IMG/VR virus record: IMGVR_UViG_3300005512_000312
Span: 1-24,733 of that record
DNA: 24,733 bases
From: a virus
Taxonomy: Duplodnaviria > Caudoviricetes
Direction: 5' to 3' (one strand)
Below the pieces are notes generated by a model. That model was not told where the DNA came from. It made no database searches and was given only the letters and a program-made list of their open reading frames with translations. Shown piece after piece: positions 14,521 through 23,941 of the stretch; within the stretch, counting starts at the first letter, position 1; every line of letters starts with the position of its first letter. The position numbers and the translations under genes are program-made.

Positions 14521-16409
14521 ACTGCTTCGCCCCAACTGGGTCCGATTTCTACATCGCACTTGTTAGGTACTTCCAAAGATACCGCAGACTCCATAATGTG
14601 TGCAATTTGCAGTGCATCATTTTTGTCGGTGACTGACATGGCGATTTCATCATGCACTTGCACCAGTGGGATACGCCCCGTTTTGTAAATATTGACCATC
14701 GCTTGCTTGGTCATATCGGCCGCCGACGCTTGAATCAGGCGATTCAAGGCTTTGTATGTGAACGCACGCTTGAGTCGCGTGGTATCGCCATACTCTTTCA
14801 CGGCATCACGGTAGGGCAAGGCTTTGTGCATGACGAAGCTGTCTGGCTCCCACAGGTCAAAGCGACACTTGCGGCCTAGAATCGAGCGGATCGATCCAGA
14901 CGCATCTTTTTCGTTTAGTCGATTCATTACGCCGTTCATCAAACCTTTCACAAAAGGTACGCGGTCGTGGTACTGGTTAATCAAGCTTTTGGCTTCCTCA
15001 ACCGGTATGTCCAACTGATCGGCCAGTTTATTAACGCCCATCCCGTACATCATGCCCAAGTTAATGGTTTTGGCTTGCTTCCGTCCAATACCGGCCATCT
15101 CCGCCACCATCGTATGGAAGTCAGTGCTTGGGTCGTCGTTGTATTTCTGCACGAAATCCTTGGCTCCCTGCAATGGGATACCGCGCGCTTTGCCATACAC
15201 ATGGGCATAGTGAACCAAGATCCGTGGTTCCTGTTGCGAGAAATCGATGGCCGCCCACTGCTCACCTTCTTCCGGTAAGAACAAACTGCGGATCATCGGC
15301 CCCAGTTCTGGATCGCGGGCCGGTATCTGTTGCAGGTTGGGGTTGTTCATCGACAGCCGGCCTGACACCGTGCCGCCTTGATCAGACCGGTTTTGGTTGA
15401 TGTGGCCGTGGATGCGTCCATCGTTGTTGCAATATTTTAAAATATTATTGATAAACGTCCCCGACGTCTTATTGATGTTGCGTGCTTCAACAATCAGTTT
15501 TGCAAAAGGGTTTTGTTGCTCTGCGAGAAACGTCTTCGTGAACGAAGGCGCGCCTTTCTCCGTCTTAGGATACGCAATCCCGAGTTCGTCGAACGCTTTA
15601 GATAACGATTGTGCCGCCCAGATTTCAACGCCGAACCCCGCTTGTCGCTTGATTTCTTTGTGTAATTCCGCCTCGCGCTTTAACAAGGCGTCGCGTGTAC
15701 GCTCGGTTTTGTCCATATCAACGCGGACACCACGGTAGGTCATGTCTACTAAACACGGCAGGAGGTCGAGTTCGAGGTTGACGATATCCCAAAGCCCCTG
15801 CTTGCCCACTTCCACACGCATGTAATTCCAGAGTTCGAGCGCCAACTGCGCGTCAACTTCTGCATAAGGCCCAACATACATGGCCGGCATCTTCCACATC
15901 TCTGCTTTTGGATCGAGACCGAAGGTGCGTGCCGCTTCAACCAAGTCTTTCTCTGATTTGGTTTTACCTAAAATGTCAAACGACAGCGCATTGAGGCTGT
16001 AACTAAAGCGGTTTTCGTCCAACAAACTGGCAATCAACATCGTATCGACAATGCGGCCGTTCAACTGAAAGCCTTCTCGTTTGATCCAACCGGCATCGTA
16101 CTGCGCGTTATGCATGACTTTTTCACAAGGCAGTTCAAAAACCTTCTTGAGCCACTTGCTTATAATTCTTTTGTCTAAGTTACCGCCGCCTTTATGCCCG
16201 ACAGGAATATAACCAGACCAATCCTCGGTCGCGATAGCATAACCAACCACCTCGCCGTTACCTGTCGCCCATCCCGGACCCATCGTTTTGATGTCCGGGT
16301 CGCGCGTTTCCACATCGATAGCAATACGAGTCGCACTGCTAAGGTCAGGTAGCTCGGCCGGAGGCACCCATTCTGTTTTCGGCGTAAACATCGCCATTTG
16401 CAAACTCAT
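14517..16409 (-). CDS. polA: Family A DNA polymerase with 3'-5' exonuclease domain
   Basis: Exo motifs IDVET, HNAQYD, YAEVDA; SGRLSMNNPNLQQIP; motif A DFSQQEPR; motif B RKQAKTINLGMMYG; motif C VHDE. Confidence 0.97.
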   Translation of the reverse strand: MSLQMAMFTPKTEWVPPAELPDLSSATRIAIDVETRDPDIKTMGPGWATGNGEVVGYAIATEDWSGYIPVGHKGGGNLDKRIISKWLKKVFELPCEKVMHNAQYDAGWIKREGFQLNGRIVDTMLIASLLDENRFSYSLNALSFDILGKTKSEKDLVEAARTFGLDPKAEMWKMPAMYVGPYAEVDAQLALELWNYMRVEVGKQGLWDIVNLELDLLPCLVDMTYRGVRVDMDKTERTRDALLKREAELHKEIKRQAGFGVEIWAAQSLSKAFDELGIAYPKTEKGAPSFTKTFLAEQQNPFAKLIVEARNINKTSGTFINNILKYCNNDGRIHGHINQNRSDQGGTVSGRLSMNNPNLQQIPARDPELGPMIRSLFLPEEGEQWAAIDFSQQEPRILVHYAHVYGKARGIPLQGAKDFVQKYNDDPSTDFHTMVAEMAGIGRKQAKTINLGMMYGMGVNKLADQLDIPVEEAKSLINQYHDRVPFVKGLMNGVMNRLNEKDASGSIRSILGRKCRFDLWEPDSFVMHKALPYRDAVKEYGDTTRLKRAFTYKALNRLIQASAADMTKQAMVNIYKTGRIPLVQVHDEIAMSVTDKNDALQIAHIMESAVSLEVPNKCDVEIGPSWGEAV

Positions 16410-16492
16410 TTACCTCTCCCTAGCCACCAATACCAAATGGGGCAGATGAATATAATTGTCCAAAGAATAAAATTAGCCCATGTCTCGTGCAT
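16406..16492 (-). CDS. Small membrane peptide (28 aa)
   Basis: Below cutoff: MHETWANFILWTIIFICPIWYWWLGRGK; stop overlaps the polA start (ATGA). Confidence 0.5.
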   Translation of the reverse strand: MHETWANFILWTIIFICPIWYWWLGRGK

Positions 16493-16691
16493 CGTTTGAA
16501 TCTTCTTTAAGCTCAAACTTAAAACTTAGACTTGGTGCTTTTGGATTCGCCCCTTCCTTGCGCTTCCACGCGGCAACCCAGTAGTCCTTGCCGTCGATAC
16601 TGGCTTCACCTTTGAAGTCTGGGTGCGTGTCTTTTGCTTTGTCTTTGTTGCCCCAGATCGCTCCGCGGTTGGCGTTGTCGTATTCAGTCAT
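16473..16691 (-). CDS. Small DUF736-like putative ssDNA-binding protein
   Basis: GAIWGN...HPDFKG...YWVAAW...LSFKF pattern. Confidence 0.65.
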   Translation of the reverse strand: MTEYDNANRGAIWGNKDKAKDTHPDFKGEASIDGKDYWVAAWKRKEGANPKAPSLSFKFELKEDSNDARDMG

Positions 16692-16932
16692 TTTCGATCA
16701 CCTCTACCTCTGCGGTGGTTTGTATCCAGACGTGGGCTCCGCAATCTAGCGGCTTTTCGGGGTCGTACACAACAGCCGATGGCCCGTAGATATGCACAGA
16801 GTTACCCTTTTCGTTACCTTTTGTATGCTTGACGGTAAAGATGGATTTCGGGTCGTCCGGATTCTTTTTGTTATGCCGGACGTTGTGTTGATTGACGTGT
16901 ATCCGTTTGATAACACCTTGTTTAATTTTCAT
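16684..16932 (-). CDS. Conserved phage hypothetical protein (82 aa)
   Basis: IHVNQH...GPSAVVY..KPLDCGAHVWIQT motif. Confidence 0.8.
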   Translation of the reverse strand: MKIKQGVIKRIHVNQHNVRHNKKNPDDPKSIFTVKHTKGNEKGNSVHIYGPSAVVYDPEKPLDCGAHVWIQTTAEVEVIEND

Positions 16933-17188
16933 TTGTTATCTCCCCACCTAATGCCGCATAGCCGGCGATGTCCACCCAAGAATCTTCATGCCGCGGCATT
17001 TCGCACAGCCTACTCATCTTCACCGCAATCATGCACAGCACCACCTCTTCTGCCGTGACGTCCACACCAAGGACGGCAGACCACATTTCTGCAATCCGCT
17101 CGTGATTCTTCCGCGGGTCGCCGTAAACCTCGTCGCGTGTTGCAGAGATAAACTCATCTGCTTTTTCTAAAATCTCTCTGCGATTCAT
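16922..17188 (-). CDS. DUF6378-like protein
   Basis: RDEVYGDP..NHERIA.MWS...KMSRL...HEDSWVDIAGYAALGGE. Confidence 0.8.
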   Translation of the reverse strand: MNRREILEKADEFISATRDEVYGDPRKNHERIAEMWSAVLGVDVTAEEVVLCMIAVKMSRLCEMPRHEDSWVDIAGYAALGGEITNEN

Positions 17189-17439
17189 AAATACTCCACC
17201 TCTCGTATATCTGCCATTGGCATACCGTCCTCATACACTGACTTCCACACGGGACTGCCTATCGACAAATCCAGATCGGGAGCATTCATTTCCTGCTCTT
17301 CAACTTCAATCGCTTCTAGCGAAACATAATCCGGCATCTCTGGATAATTGCGTTCATGCAACCACGTTGCACAGATGACATACTCTCGATCCTCTGCATC
17401 CCAATACCAGTGTGTCCCGTAGTATTTACCTGTTTTCAT
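17185..17439 (-). CDS. Hypothetical protein (84 aa)
   Basis: Start moved to the ATG at 17439 (GGAGG RBS): MKTGKYYGTHWYWD... Confidence 0.7.
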   Translation of the reverse strand: MKTGKYYGTHWYWDAEDREYVICATWLHERNYPEMPDYVSLEAIEVEEQEMNAPDLDLSIGSPVWKSVYEDGMPMADIREVEYL

Positions 17440-17535
17440 GTGTTCTTCCTCCGCTAGGCAGTTTAAAAATATGCCGATATGCGTAGTATGAGTACGCAAA
17501 TAACCAATTTGTTAAACCGGTGTTGTGATCGCCGC

Positions 17536-19047
17536 TTATAGTTCGTAGCTCCTCGACACATCTTCTGGTTCAACAATAAACAGGTTTTCTCGCGCCCGAG
17601 TCACTCCGACGTAGAACACACGATGTAAATCATCAGGATTGTTCCGCGCCGCTTTTTCGGCCGCCGGAGATAAATCTGTAAAAAGTACAACGTTGTCGGC
17701 CTCCCCACCCTTTGATCCGTGAATCGTGGACACTGTAATGCGAGGCTCACCATTGAACTTTTCCCCGCGACGCAAGAGCGCGATGATGTACGCCCGATCT
17801 TGCTCCGGTAGCTTATCCATTGCGACGTGCCAGATCATCTCTTTGTCAGCGTTAAGGCCGTGGTCCGCGATCAGCGTATCGAGATCCACCATATCTTCGT
17901 CGGCAAGCGCGGGCAGTTTTTTGAACCCCCGTGCGATCCGCTCTTTAGCGCTCATAAACGAGTAAATGTTGCGCGCGGTTTTGCCGGAGACTTCGCGTCC
18001 TTTTCTCAAAGCTTCCCAACCGTTGACGGCGTCTGCCACCTTTTCAGAGATGGACCGGTGTCCGCGGTAGTTGAACAGATAGCCGTTTGACTTGAGGTCG
18101 GTCGCAACTGGCGACAACTGGTACCCCGCTTGAGACAGGATCAGCCATGATCCGTCAGCCATGTCGATTCCATCGATGGTGGATATCCGCGTTACTTGCC
18201 CCCGATCTGACTTTGGCTCATAACGTTTCGGAAACCGTCGGCTAATCCGGTTGGAGATGTTCTCTGCTACAGCGTGAACTGACGACGGTATGCGGTAGGA
18301 CTGTGCAAGGATTTCAGATCCGCCATCCAGATTGATGAAATGATCAACGTCTGCCCCTGCCCAACGGTAGATGGCTTGGTCGTCATCCCCCGCGCAATAC
18401 ATTTTATCGGACATGCCGTCCAGAATATGTGCGATGTCCCACTGGAGTGGAGACAAATCCTGTGCTTCGTCTAAGAAGGTCAGCTTGAATCGATGTTTAA
18501 AACTAGGCGCTTGCTCGACAAACAGCTCTAACATGTCTGTAAAATCGAATAGTTTGTACATTTCTTTGTACTTGCGTAAGGATTGATCCACATAATTAAC
18601 AGTGTTCCAATCTCGATCCAGTTCGCTTTCGTTGTACTGCTCGCGCAAATCTACCTTCCGTAGACGCGCCAAGTTAATCAGCCCAAGGATCGGATCACTG
18701 GTTTTCGCTAGATCCATAAAATCGTCAGATCCCCGCGTCGAACCAAAGAGTTCCACGCCGATGGCATGGCTTAGTTCTTTGTAGTTTTCCGGTTGCATGA
18801 TCTGACCCGAACTAATGTCGGTCATTGACAAGGCAAGGCTGTGCAATGTCCGAAAGTAGACAAGGTCGTGCTTGGCATCAAGCCCGAACCGCTCTGCCGC
18901 GCGCTCTTTTGCTTCTGTCGCCGCTTTCTTGGTGAAGGCAAGGAAGGCAATCTCTTGTGGCAATACGCCCGATTCGAGAGCCTTATCTACCATATTAAGA
19001 AGCGTTGTTGTTTTTCCTGTTCCCGGAGGCCCGAAGATTCTGAACAT
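17536..19047 (-). CDS. UvrD/Rep-like superfamily 1 helicase
   Basis: GPPGTGKT, AFTKKAA, DEAQD, GDDDQAIYRWAGA, QSYR, STIHGSKGGE, YVGVTRAR. Confidence 0.95.
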   Translation of the reverse strand: MFRIFGPPGTGKTTTLLNMVDKALESGVLPQEIAFLAFTKKAATEAKERAAERFGLDAKHDLVYFRTLHSLALSMTDISSGQIMQPENYKELSHAIGVELFGSTRGSDDFMDLAKTSDPILGLINLARLRKVDLREQYNESELDRDWNTVNYVDQSLRKYKEMYKLFDFTDMLELFVEQAPSFKHRFKLTFLDEAQDLSPLQWDIAHILDGMSDKMYCAGDDDQAIYRWAGADVDHFINLDGGSEILAQSYRIPSSVHAVAENISNRISRRFPKRYEPKSDRGQVTRISTIDGIDMADGSWLILSQAGYQLSPVATDLKSNGYLFNYRGHRSISEKVADAVNGWEALRKGREVSGKTARNIYSFMSAKERIARGFKKLPALADEDMVDLDTLIADHGLNADKEMIWHVAMDKLPEQDRAYIIALLRRGEKFNGEPRITVSTIHGSKGGEADNVVLFTDLSPAAEKAARNNPDDLHRVFYVGVTRARENLFIVEPEDVSRSYEL

Positions 19048-19198
19048 TCTTGTAATCCTTCAAGTTATCTTCAACATGTTGAACGATTTGACGTACTCGC
19101 TCGCGCGACAGGCCCATACGTTTCCCAATTGCGGTTAGCGTCATGTAATACTTTTTCCGCATTTCGTAGATCTGAAAATTTCTGTCTTTTTTATCCAT
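18995..19198 (-). CDS. Sigma70 region 4-like HTH protein
   Basis: MTLTAIGKRMGLSRERVRQIV. Confidence 0.85.
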   Translation of the reverse strand: MDKKDRNFQIYEMRKKYYMTLTAIGKRMGLSRERVRQIVQHVEDNLKDYKNVQNLRASGNRKNNNAS

Positions 19199-19445
19199 TG
19201 GATTCCACCCACTCCTCTAACTCTTTGATTCCTTGTATGCGCTCTACAAATATCGGCGTATGTTCCCCGATGTAAGAACCCAGAATATTGAAATTGAAAT
19301 ACTCAACGGCTTCCCAAATCTCGCACTTCAATTCTCGTTGAACCGCTTGTATTGATAAGTCGATGTCGTACACGACAACTGTCGGTTCCCCGCATCGGTG
19401 ACCAACACCGATAATCGCATCGTCTAGTCCGTCTGCCTTCAACAT
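19191..19445 (-). CDS. Conserved phage hypothetical protein (84 aa)
   Basis: LKADGLDDAIIG...AVEYFNFNILGSYIGEHTPIF. Confidence 0.85.
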   Translation of the reverse strand: MLKADGLDDAIIGVGHRCGEPTVVVYDIDLSIQAVQRELKCEIWEAVEYFNFNILGSYIGEHTPIFVERIQGIKELEEWVESNG

Positions 19446-20977
19446 CAGAATGGGGCCTCTTCTTGGTTAAACTTAGGTTTCAAATCCACGTCTGCTGATT
19501 CAAACGCCGGTATAGACCACACGCGGACGGCACGTCCTTTGATCTTCAGCACCGTGCTTTCGCCGCTGATATCGCGTAAGCGTTGAGCGATTTTGTGTGA
19601 TTTAAATTCAAAAAACTTATTCTTGCGGAGATGCGCTTCAAAGTCCCGCAGTCTGAAATAGGTCTTATTGGAGTCCTCGTCGGTCCACGGGCGGCGAAGC
19701 AAGATTTCTTCTTTGTCCTGCGCTTGCTGTAGGTGGCGACAAAACTCTTCGAGGTAATCATAGAACTGCCCCGAGGTCGACGCGTCCTGCGCCACTTCCA
19801 TTACCGCGCTTTCGTTGTCCCGCATTTCAGACATTAGAGTGCTAATTCGACTCTCCCAGTTCTGCTTCGAGACCGTGCGCGGCATAAAATTAAGTTGCTC
19901 CATACACGCTTTTTGAAAAGTAGGTTGCGAAAGGAGCGCGTCAGTGTCGAGTTCCAAAGGCTCCCCGTTAACGTCCATAAACCAGACAGGCGGTGTCGAG
20001 TTGTATTTTCGCAAATTTGCAACGGAAGCCCCTGCCGCCGCCGAAGCAATACCGAATTTACGCGTCTGGCAGAGATCTTTGTTGCAGTGCGCGCAGATCG
20101 GGGCATCAGAACATCGGTATGCGTAGTCCTTTTTCTCAAGTTGTTTCGCAACAGTGTTAACTTCGTTGAGTGGCAACGGCGGGTCCAGAAACTGCCCGTT
20201 ATATTCGAGTATCTTGCTTTCCCATTCATCGGGATAAGCTTTCCGTAAGTAGACGCCCAAGTTGAACAGCCCATTGTTTCGGCCTCCTTCTGAAATCTTT
20301 TGTCTGCATAAATGCTGTAAGCATGGCGGACCGTCTTTGACGATGATATCCGAGCTGTTGGTATCTTGCGTTAAGGTTCCGATCTGCTCCGGAGTCTGCA
20401 CATGCGCGTCGTAGAGCTGATAAAACTCTTCCAGAGTAGCTGAGGTGCCGTCATCTTTAATTGCGTAGCGTAGGCCGTCCTCTGCGTCGTAGTAAGGCAA
20501 ATTAAGAAAGTTACCAATGTCGCCCCGATCCAGATGAAGTTTCACCTGCTTTGGAAAAATTTCGCTATTACCGTAACCGAGAGCCGTAGAAATGTGTTGC
20601 AAAGTCTCCTGCATCACCTTGGCTTCAATCCATTCGGTCGTAAACAAAAAGCAATGCGCGCCGCCCGATTTAGATCGGCATACCACTAATGGCAGTTTCG
20701 CTTGGCGTATCTTCGCAACAAGGTCTGTGTGATCAAGCGGATACTGGTCGATGTCGATACATCCCCAGACGCAACAGTTATCCTCGTTAATCGGAATAAT
20801 ACCGATGCCCTTGCCAGTTCCTGACAAGTGACCTTCCCATAGTTCCGTGGTCCGCGTTTCGCGAATGACGGCCGCTTTACCGGCGTTCTTGCCGCTTTGC
20901 GTCTGTTTTTCTATTTTGAAAGTTCCGTATGCCTGTTCTAAACCGGCAAAGATGGAACTAAATTTTTCGACTGACAT
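19445..20977 (-). CDS. Archaeo-eukaryotic primase-family protein with PriCT-like domain
   Basis: WGCIDID (DxD), CRSKSGGAH, NFLNLPY, PPCL...EGGRNNGLFN. Confidence 0.85.
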   Translation of the reverse strand: MSVEKFSSIFAGLEQAYGTFKIEKQTQSGKNAGKAAVIRETRTTELWEGHLSGTGKGIGIIPINEDNCCVWGCIDIDQYPLDHTDLVAKIRQAKLPLVVCRSKSGGAHCFLFTTEWIEAKVMQETLQHISTALGYGNSEIFPKQVKLHLDRGDIGNFLNLPYYDAEDGLRYAIKDDGTSATLEEFYQLYDAHVQTPEQIGTLTQDTNSSDIIVKDGPPCLQHLCRQKISEGGRNNGLFNLGVYLRKAYPDEWESKILEYNGQFLDPPLPLNEVNTVAKQLEKKDYAYRCSDAPICAHCNKDLCQTRKFGIASAAAGASVANLRKYNSTPPVWFMDVNGEPLELDTDALLSQPTFQKACMEQLNFMPRTVSKQNWESRISTLMSEMRDNESAVMEVAQDASTSGQFYDYLEEFCRHLQQAQDKEEILLRRPWTDEDSNKTYFRLRDFEAHLRKNKFFEFKSHKIAQRLRDISGESTVLKIKGRAVRVWSIPAFESADVDLKPKFNQEEAPF

Positions 20978-20988
20978 AGTTGATCCTC

Positions 20989-21026
20989 AAAAACGAGATG
21001 TGTACACATTGTGTGTACACATCCCG
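20989..21026 (-). terminator. Long hairpin with U-tract between the SSB-like and primase genes
   Basis: GATGTGTACACA-TTG-TGTGTACACATC is a perfect 12-bp inverted repeat (20997-21023), followed by a T5 tract on the minus strand. Confidence 0.6.
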
Positions 21027-21033
21027 CATGTCA

Positions 21034-21810
21034 TTAAAACGCTGGGTTGTTATTCGTTTCCTCATCATCCCCATGTTTAACAACAACGTCACCGGCCATA
21101 ATGCTTTCTGCAAACTGCTTGGCTTGCATATACAAAGCACCGTCAGACACTGGCTCTAAACGTGACATTTCCCACCCGTGCCATGAACCTTTTGAGTTCT
21201 CTTCTGACAGGGTTTTCAGCAGGTAAGTGTAAGCAAATCGCGCCGGAGTGAATGGCCCATTGGCTCCCTGCATCTTTGCGGATGCAACCATTGAGTTCCA
21301 CTTGCGTGACTTCTTCAACTGTGTTGATTTCATTGCAAGTAACGCTGTTTCAGCAGAACCGTCCTCATTGAGTACGATAACGAAATGCTGATGCGTTTCT
21401 TCAATGTATTCGCCGTTCCCGCCGTCTACATACTCGCGGTTATCCGATGGATCGCGAGTTGTTTTTGGACGATCTTCGTTTGGCGCGTAGATCGCTTGTG
21501 GAGCACCACTACCTTGACCACGGGGAGCCCACTGAATAAAACGACGCTGATAGGCACATGGGATCACCCGAATACCTTCCTTGCCGCTGTACACTGTGCC
21601 GCTAACCGTGTTGTAGATGTCGCCCTTGCGTCCTTCAAAGTTTTCGTCGTCGAGCAATGGGTCGAGCGCCGAAACAATTTTCAGGAAAGGTAGGGCAAGA
21701 TCTTCTTGCTCCATGCGAGTTCCGATGCCGGCATCGGCCTCGAACATTGTTGGGTCAAATTCCGCAATTGCCCCTGATTGCTTTTCAGCTACTGCTTTTG
21801 ATGTTGCCAT
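21034..21810 (-). CDS. Putative phage single-stranded DNA-binding protein
   Basis: DLALPFLKI, MKSTQLKKSRKWNS, acidic tail ending in F; located in the replication module. Confidence 0.65.
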   Translation of the reverse strand: MATSKAVAEKQSGAIAEFDPTMFEADAGIGTRMEQEDLALPFLKIVSALDPLLDDENFEGRKGDIYNTVSGTVYSGKEGIRVIPCAYQRRFIQWAPRGQGSGAPQAIYAPNEDRPKTTRDPSDNREYVDGGNGEYIEETHQHFVIVLNEDGSAETALLAMKSTQLKKSRKWNSMVASAKMQGANGPFTPARFAYTYLLKTLSEENSKGSWHGWEMSRLEPVSDGALYMQAKQFAESIMAGDVVVKHGDDEETNNNPAF

Positions 21811-22397
21811 TATTTAGTCCTCTTGATTACTGCACGTTGTCCTACCCAAGCGCCGAATAGCTCCATTGGGAAGTCGTCACCGTTTTCTACGCGTTCCTTG
21901 ATAAAGGCTCGCAAAGTTTGTGGGTGAATATCAGTCTTCTGCTCCGCCGCTAATCCCTGCTGTGATGCAAGGGCCTTGAAGGCAGATGCCTGATCGTCTT
22001 CGCCGCGGCCAAAGATACACATCACTTGATTCTTGATGATGTCGTCATAGCCGTTATCGCGAAGCCACTCGAAAGCCTGTGGCTTATCGTCAATGCGGAT
22101 TGATGCCCCATACGTTTGCTTTACAGTAACGTTTGAGCCGTCGTCCAAGGTCATTGATGACAAACCAAGTTCGGCCAACATGGTCGGCAAGTCTTCGTCA
22201 GTCATTTTTAAAAGAGCGTTTTTCTCTTTCTTGAGTTTGGCCTCAAGATCTTCGATTTCTGCTTCTTTATTTCTTATTGCTACGGCCATTGAGGCAACAG
22301 TATGAAGCCCTTCTTGGTCTAGCGTTTCTATGCTCGATTCGGCAGTGTCCTGCTCCATCATTCTCAGCAGATCTGCTGATTGGTTAAGATCGCTCAT
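21810..22397 (-). CDS. Conserved phage replication-module protein (195 aa)
   Basis: Coiled coil, then AFEWLRDNGYDDIIKN and IHPQTLRAF motifs; GGAGG RBS. Confidence 0.8.
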   Translation of the reverse strand: MSDLNQSADLLRMMEQDTAESSIETLDQEGLHTVASMAVAIRNKEAEIEDLEAKLKKEKNALLKMTDEDLPTMLAELGLSSMTLDDGSNVTVKQTYGASIRIDDKPQAFEWLRDNGYDDIIKNQVMCIFGRGEDDQASAFKALASQQGLAAEQKTDIHPQTLRAFIKERVENGDDFPMELFGAWVGQRAVIKRTK

Positions 22398-22433
22398 GCG
22401 CTTTCCTCCGTTGTTGAAGGCACCGTTTGGGCC

Positions 22434-22474
22434 TTGACATTTCTATATATAATCCTATGATTAGCAAGAGTCAA
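22434..22474. promoter_or_regulatory. Overlapping divergent sigma70-like promoters
   Basis: Plus strand TTGACA-N16-TATGAT (22434-22461); minus strand TTGACT-N17-TATATA (22474-22446). Confidence 0.65.
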
Positions 22475-22486
22475 GGGGAAAGTGAC

Positions 22487-23941
22487 ATGAATTTTGAAAA
22501 CTACGAATTTAAGACCAAGCCGTATGACCATCAGCTTAACGCGCTACGCGACTCGTGGGCCGCGGAATACTATGCGCTGTTCATGGAGATGGGAACGGGG
22601 AAGTCGAAAGTTGCTATTGATACAATGGGTATGCTGTATGAAAAGGGTCATATCGACGCGGCGCTCATCGTTGCTCCGAAGGGTGTTTACGATAACTGGA
22701 TTCAGAAAGAAATAAAAGTTCATTTGCCGGAACGTATAACGCGGAACGTTATACGTTGGACACCAAACTCAGGAAAGGCGTACCAAGAAGATTTAGCTCA
22801 ATTGGTATATAAAAAGTTTGATGGAATCAAAGTGTTAGTCATGAACGTCGAGGCGTTTTCCACTCCTCGTGGTACACGATTAGCCGAAGAGTTTTGCGAT
22901 AAGAACCCGAACAACCTAATTATTGTTGACGAATCGACAACGATTAAGAACAGGAAGGCACAGCGGACCGCGAATATTATGTCGCTGATGAAGAAGAGTA
23001 AGTATCGTCGTATCTTAACTGGTTCGCCAATTACCAAGTCACCGATGGATTTGTTTAGTCAATGCGCGTTTTTGTCGCCCAAGGCTCTGGGTATCAATTC
23101 GTATTACGGCTATCAGAATCGGTACGCCGTTGTGCAGAAGCGGACGATGGGTCACAAAAGCTTTAATGAGATCACCGGCTACCGTCGTCTGGATGAGCTA
23201 AACGAAAAACTCGATAAGTTCAGCAATCGCGTGCTGAAGTCAGACTGTTTGGACTTGCCAGATAAAGTGTACATGCGGCGGAACGTTAGCCTGACCGATG
23301 AGCAAGCCAAGGCGTATAAACAGATGCAGAAATTGGCTCTGGCAAAGCTGGAGTCCGGTGAGTTATCCACAACTGCATCCGTTTTGACTCAGATTATGCG
23401 CTTACAGCAAATTTGTTGTGGACATCTTCCTGACGATGCTGGTGATTTGCATACTTTAAAGAGCAATCGTTTGTCAGAACTGCTTGATATTATTGAAGAA
23501 ACGTCTGGCAAAATTATTATCTGGGCGACATTTACTCATGACCTGAAGTCAATTCACTCAGAGCTGACCAAGCGGTACGGGGGGGGCTCGTCCAGTATCT
23601 ACTTTGGTGAGACGCCGCAGGATGAACGGCAGGCGATTGTTGATCGGTTCCAAGATCCCGACAGCGAGCTACGATTCTTTGTTGGTCAGCCTCGAACTGG
23701 CGGTTACGGCATTACTCTGACCGAAGCAAGCACTATGATCTATTACAATAACGGTTACGACTTAGAAATACGCTTGCAGTCAGAAGATCGCGCTCACCGG
23801 ATTGGTCAGGAAAAGAACGTCACCTACATTGATATCGTCACGCCAGACACCGTGGACGATAAAATCCTTGGTGCCTTACGCGAGAAGATTGATATTGCCG
23901 GTCAAGTGCTTGGGGAAGACACTAAGACTTGGTTGATCTGA
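22487..23941 (+). CDS. SNF2-family (SF2) helicase
   Basis: MEMGTGKS, DEST, LTGSP, RLQQI, GGYGITL, QSEDRAHRIGQ; start moved to the ATG at 22487 after GGGGAAAG. Confidence 0.95.
   Translation: MNFENYEFKTKPYDHQLNALRDSWAAEYYALFMEMGTGKSKVAIDTMGMLYEKGHIDAALIVAPKGVYDNWIQKEIKVHLPERITRNVIRWTPNSGKAYQEDLAQLVYKKFDGIKVLVMNVEAFSTPRGTRLAEEFCDKNPNNLIIVDESTTIKNRKAQRTANIMSLMKKSKYRRILTGSPITKSPMDLFSQCAFLSPKALGINSYYGYQNRYAVVQKRTMGHKSFNEITGYRRLDELNEKLDKFSNRVLKSDCLDLPDKVYMRRNVSLTDEQAKAYKQMQKLALAKLESGELSTTASVLTQIMRLQQICCGHLPDDAGDLHTLKSNRLSELLDIIEETSGKIIIWATFTHDLKSIHSELTKRYGGGSSSIYFGETPQDERQAIVDRFQDPDSELRFFVGQPRTGGYGITLTEASTMIYYNNGYDLEIRLQSEDRAHRIGQEKNVTYIDIVTPDTVDDKILGALREKIDIAGQVLGEDTKTWLI

Noticed and set aside
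14652-22305. Plus-strand ORFs within the replication module
   Set aside because: Antisense to well-supported genes and without recognisable motifs.
22427-22486. N-terminal extension of the SNF2 helicase
   Set aside because: Overlaps the divergent promoters; the ATG at 22487 has the RBS.
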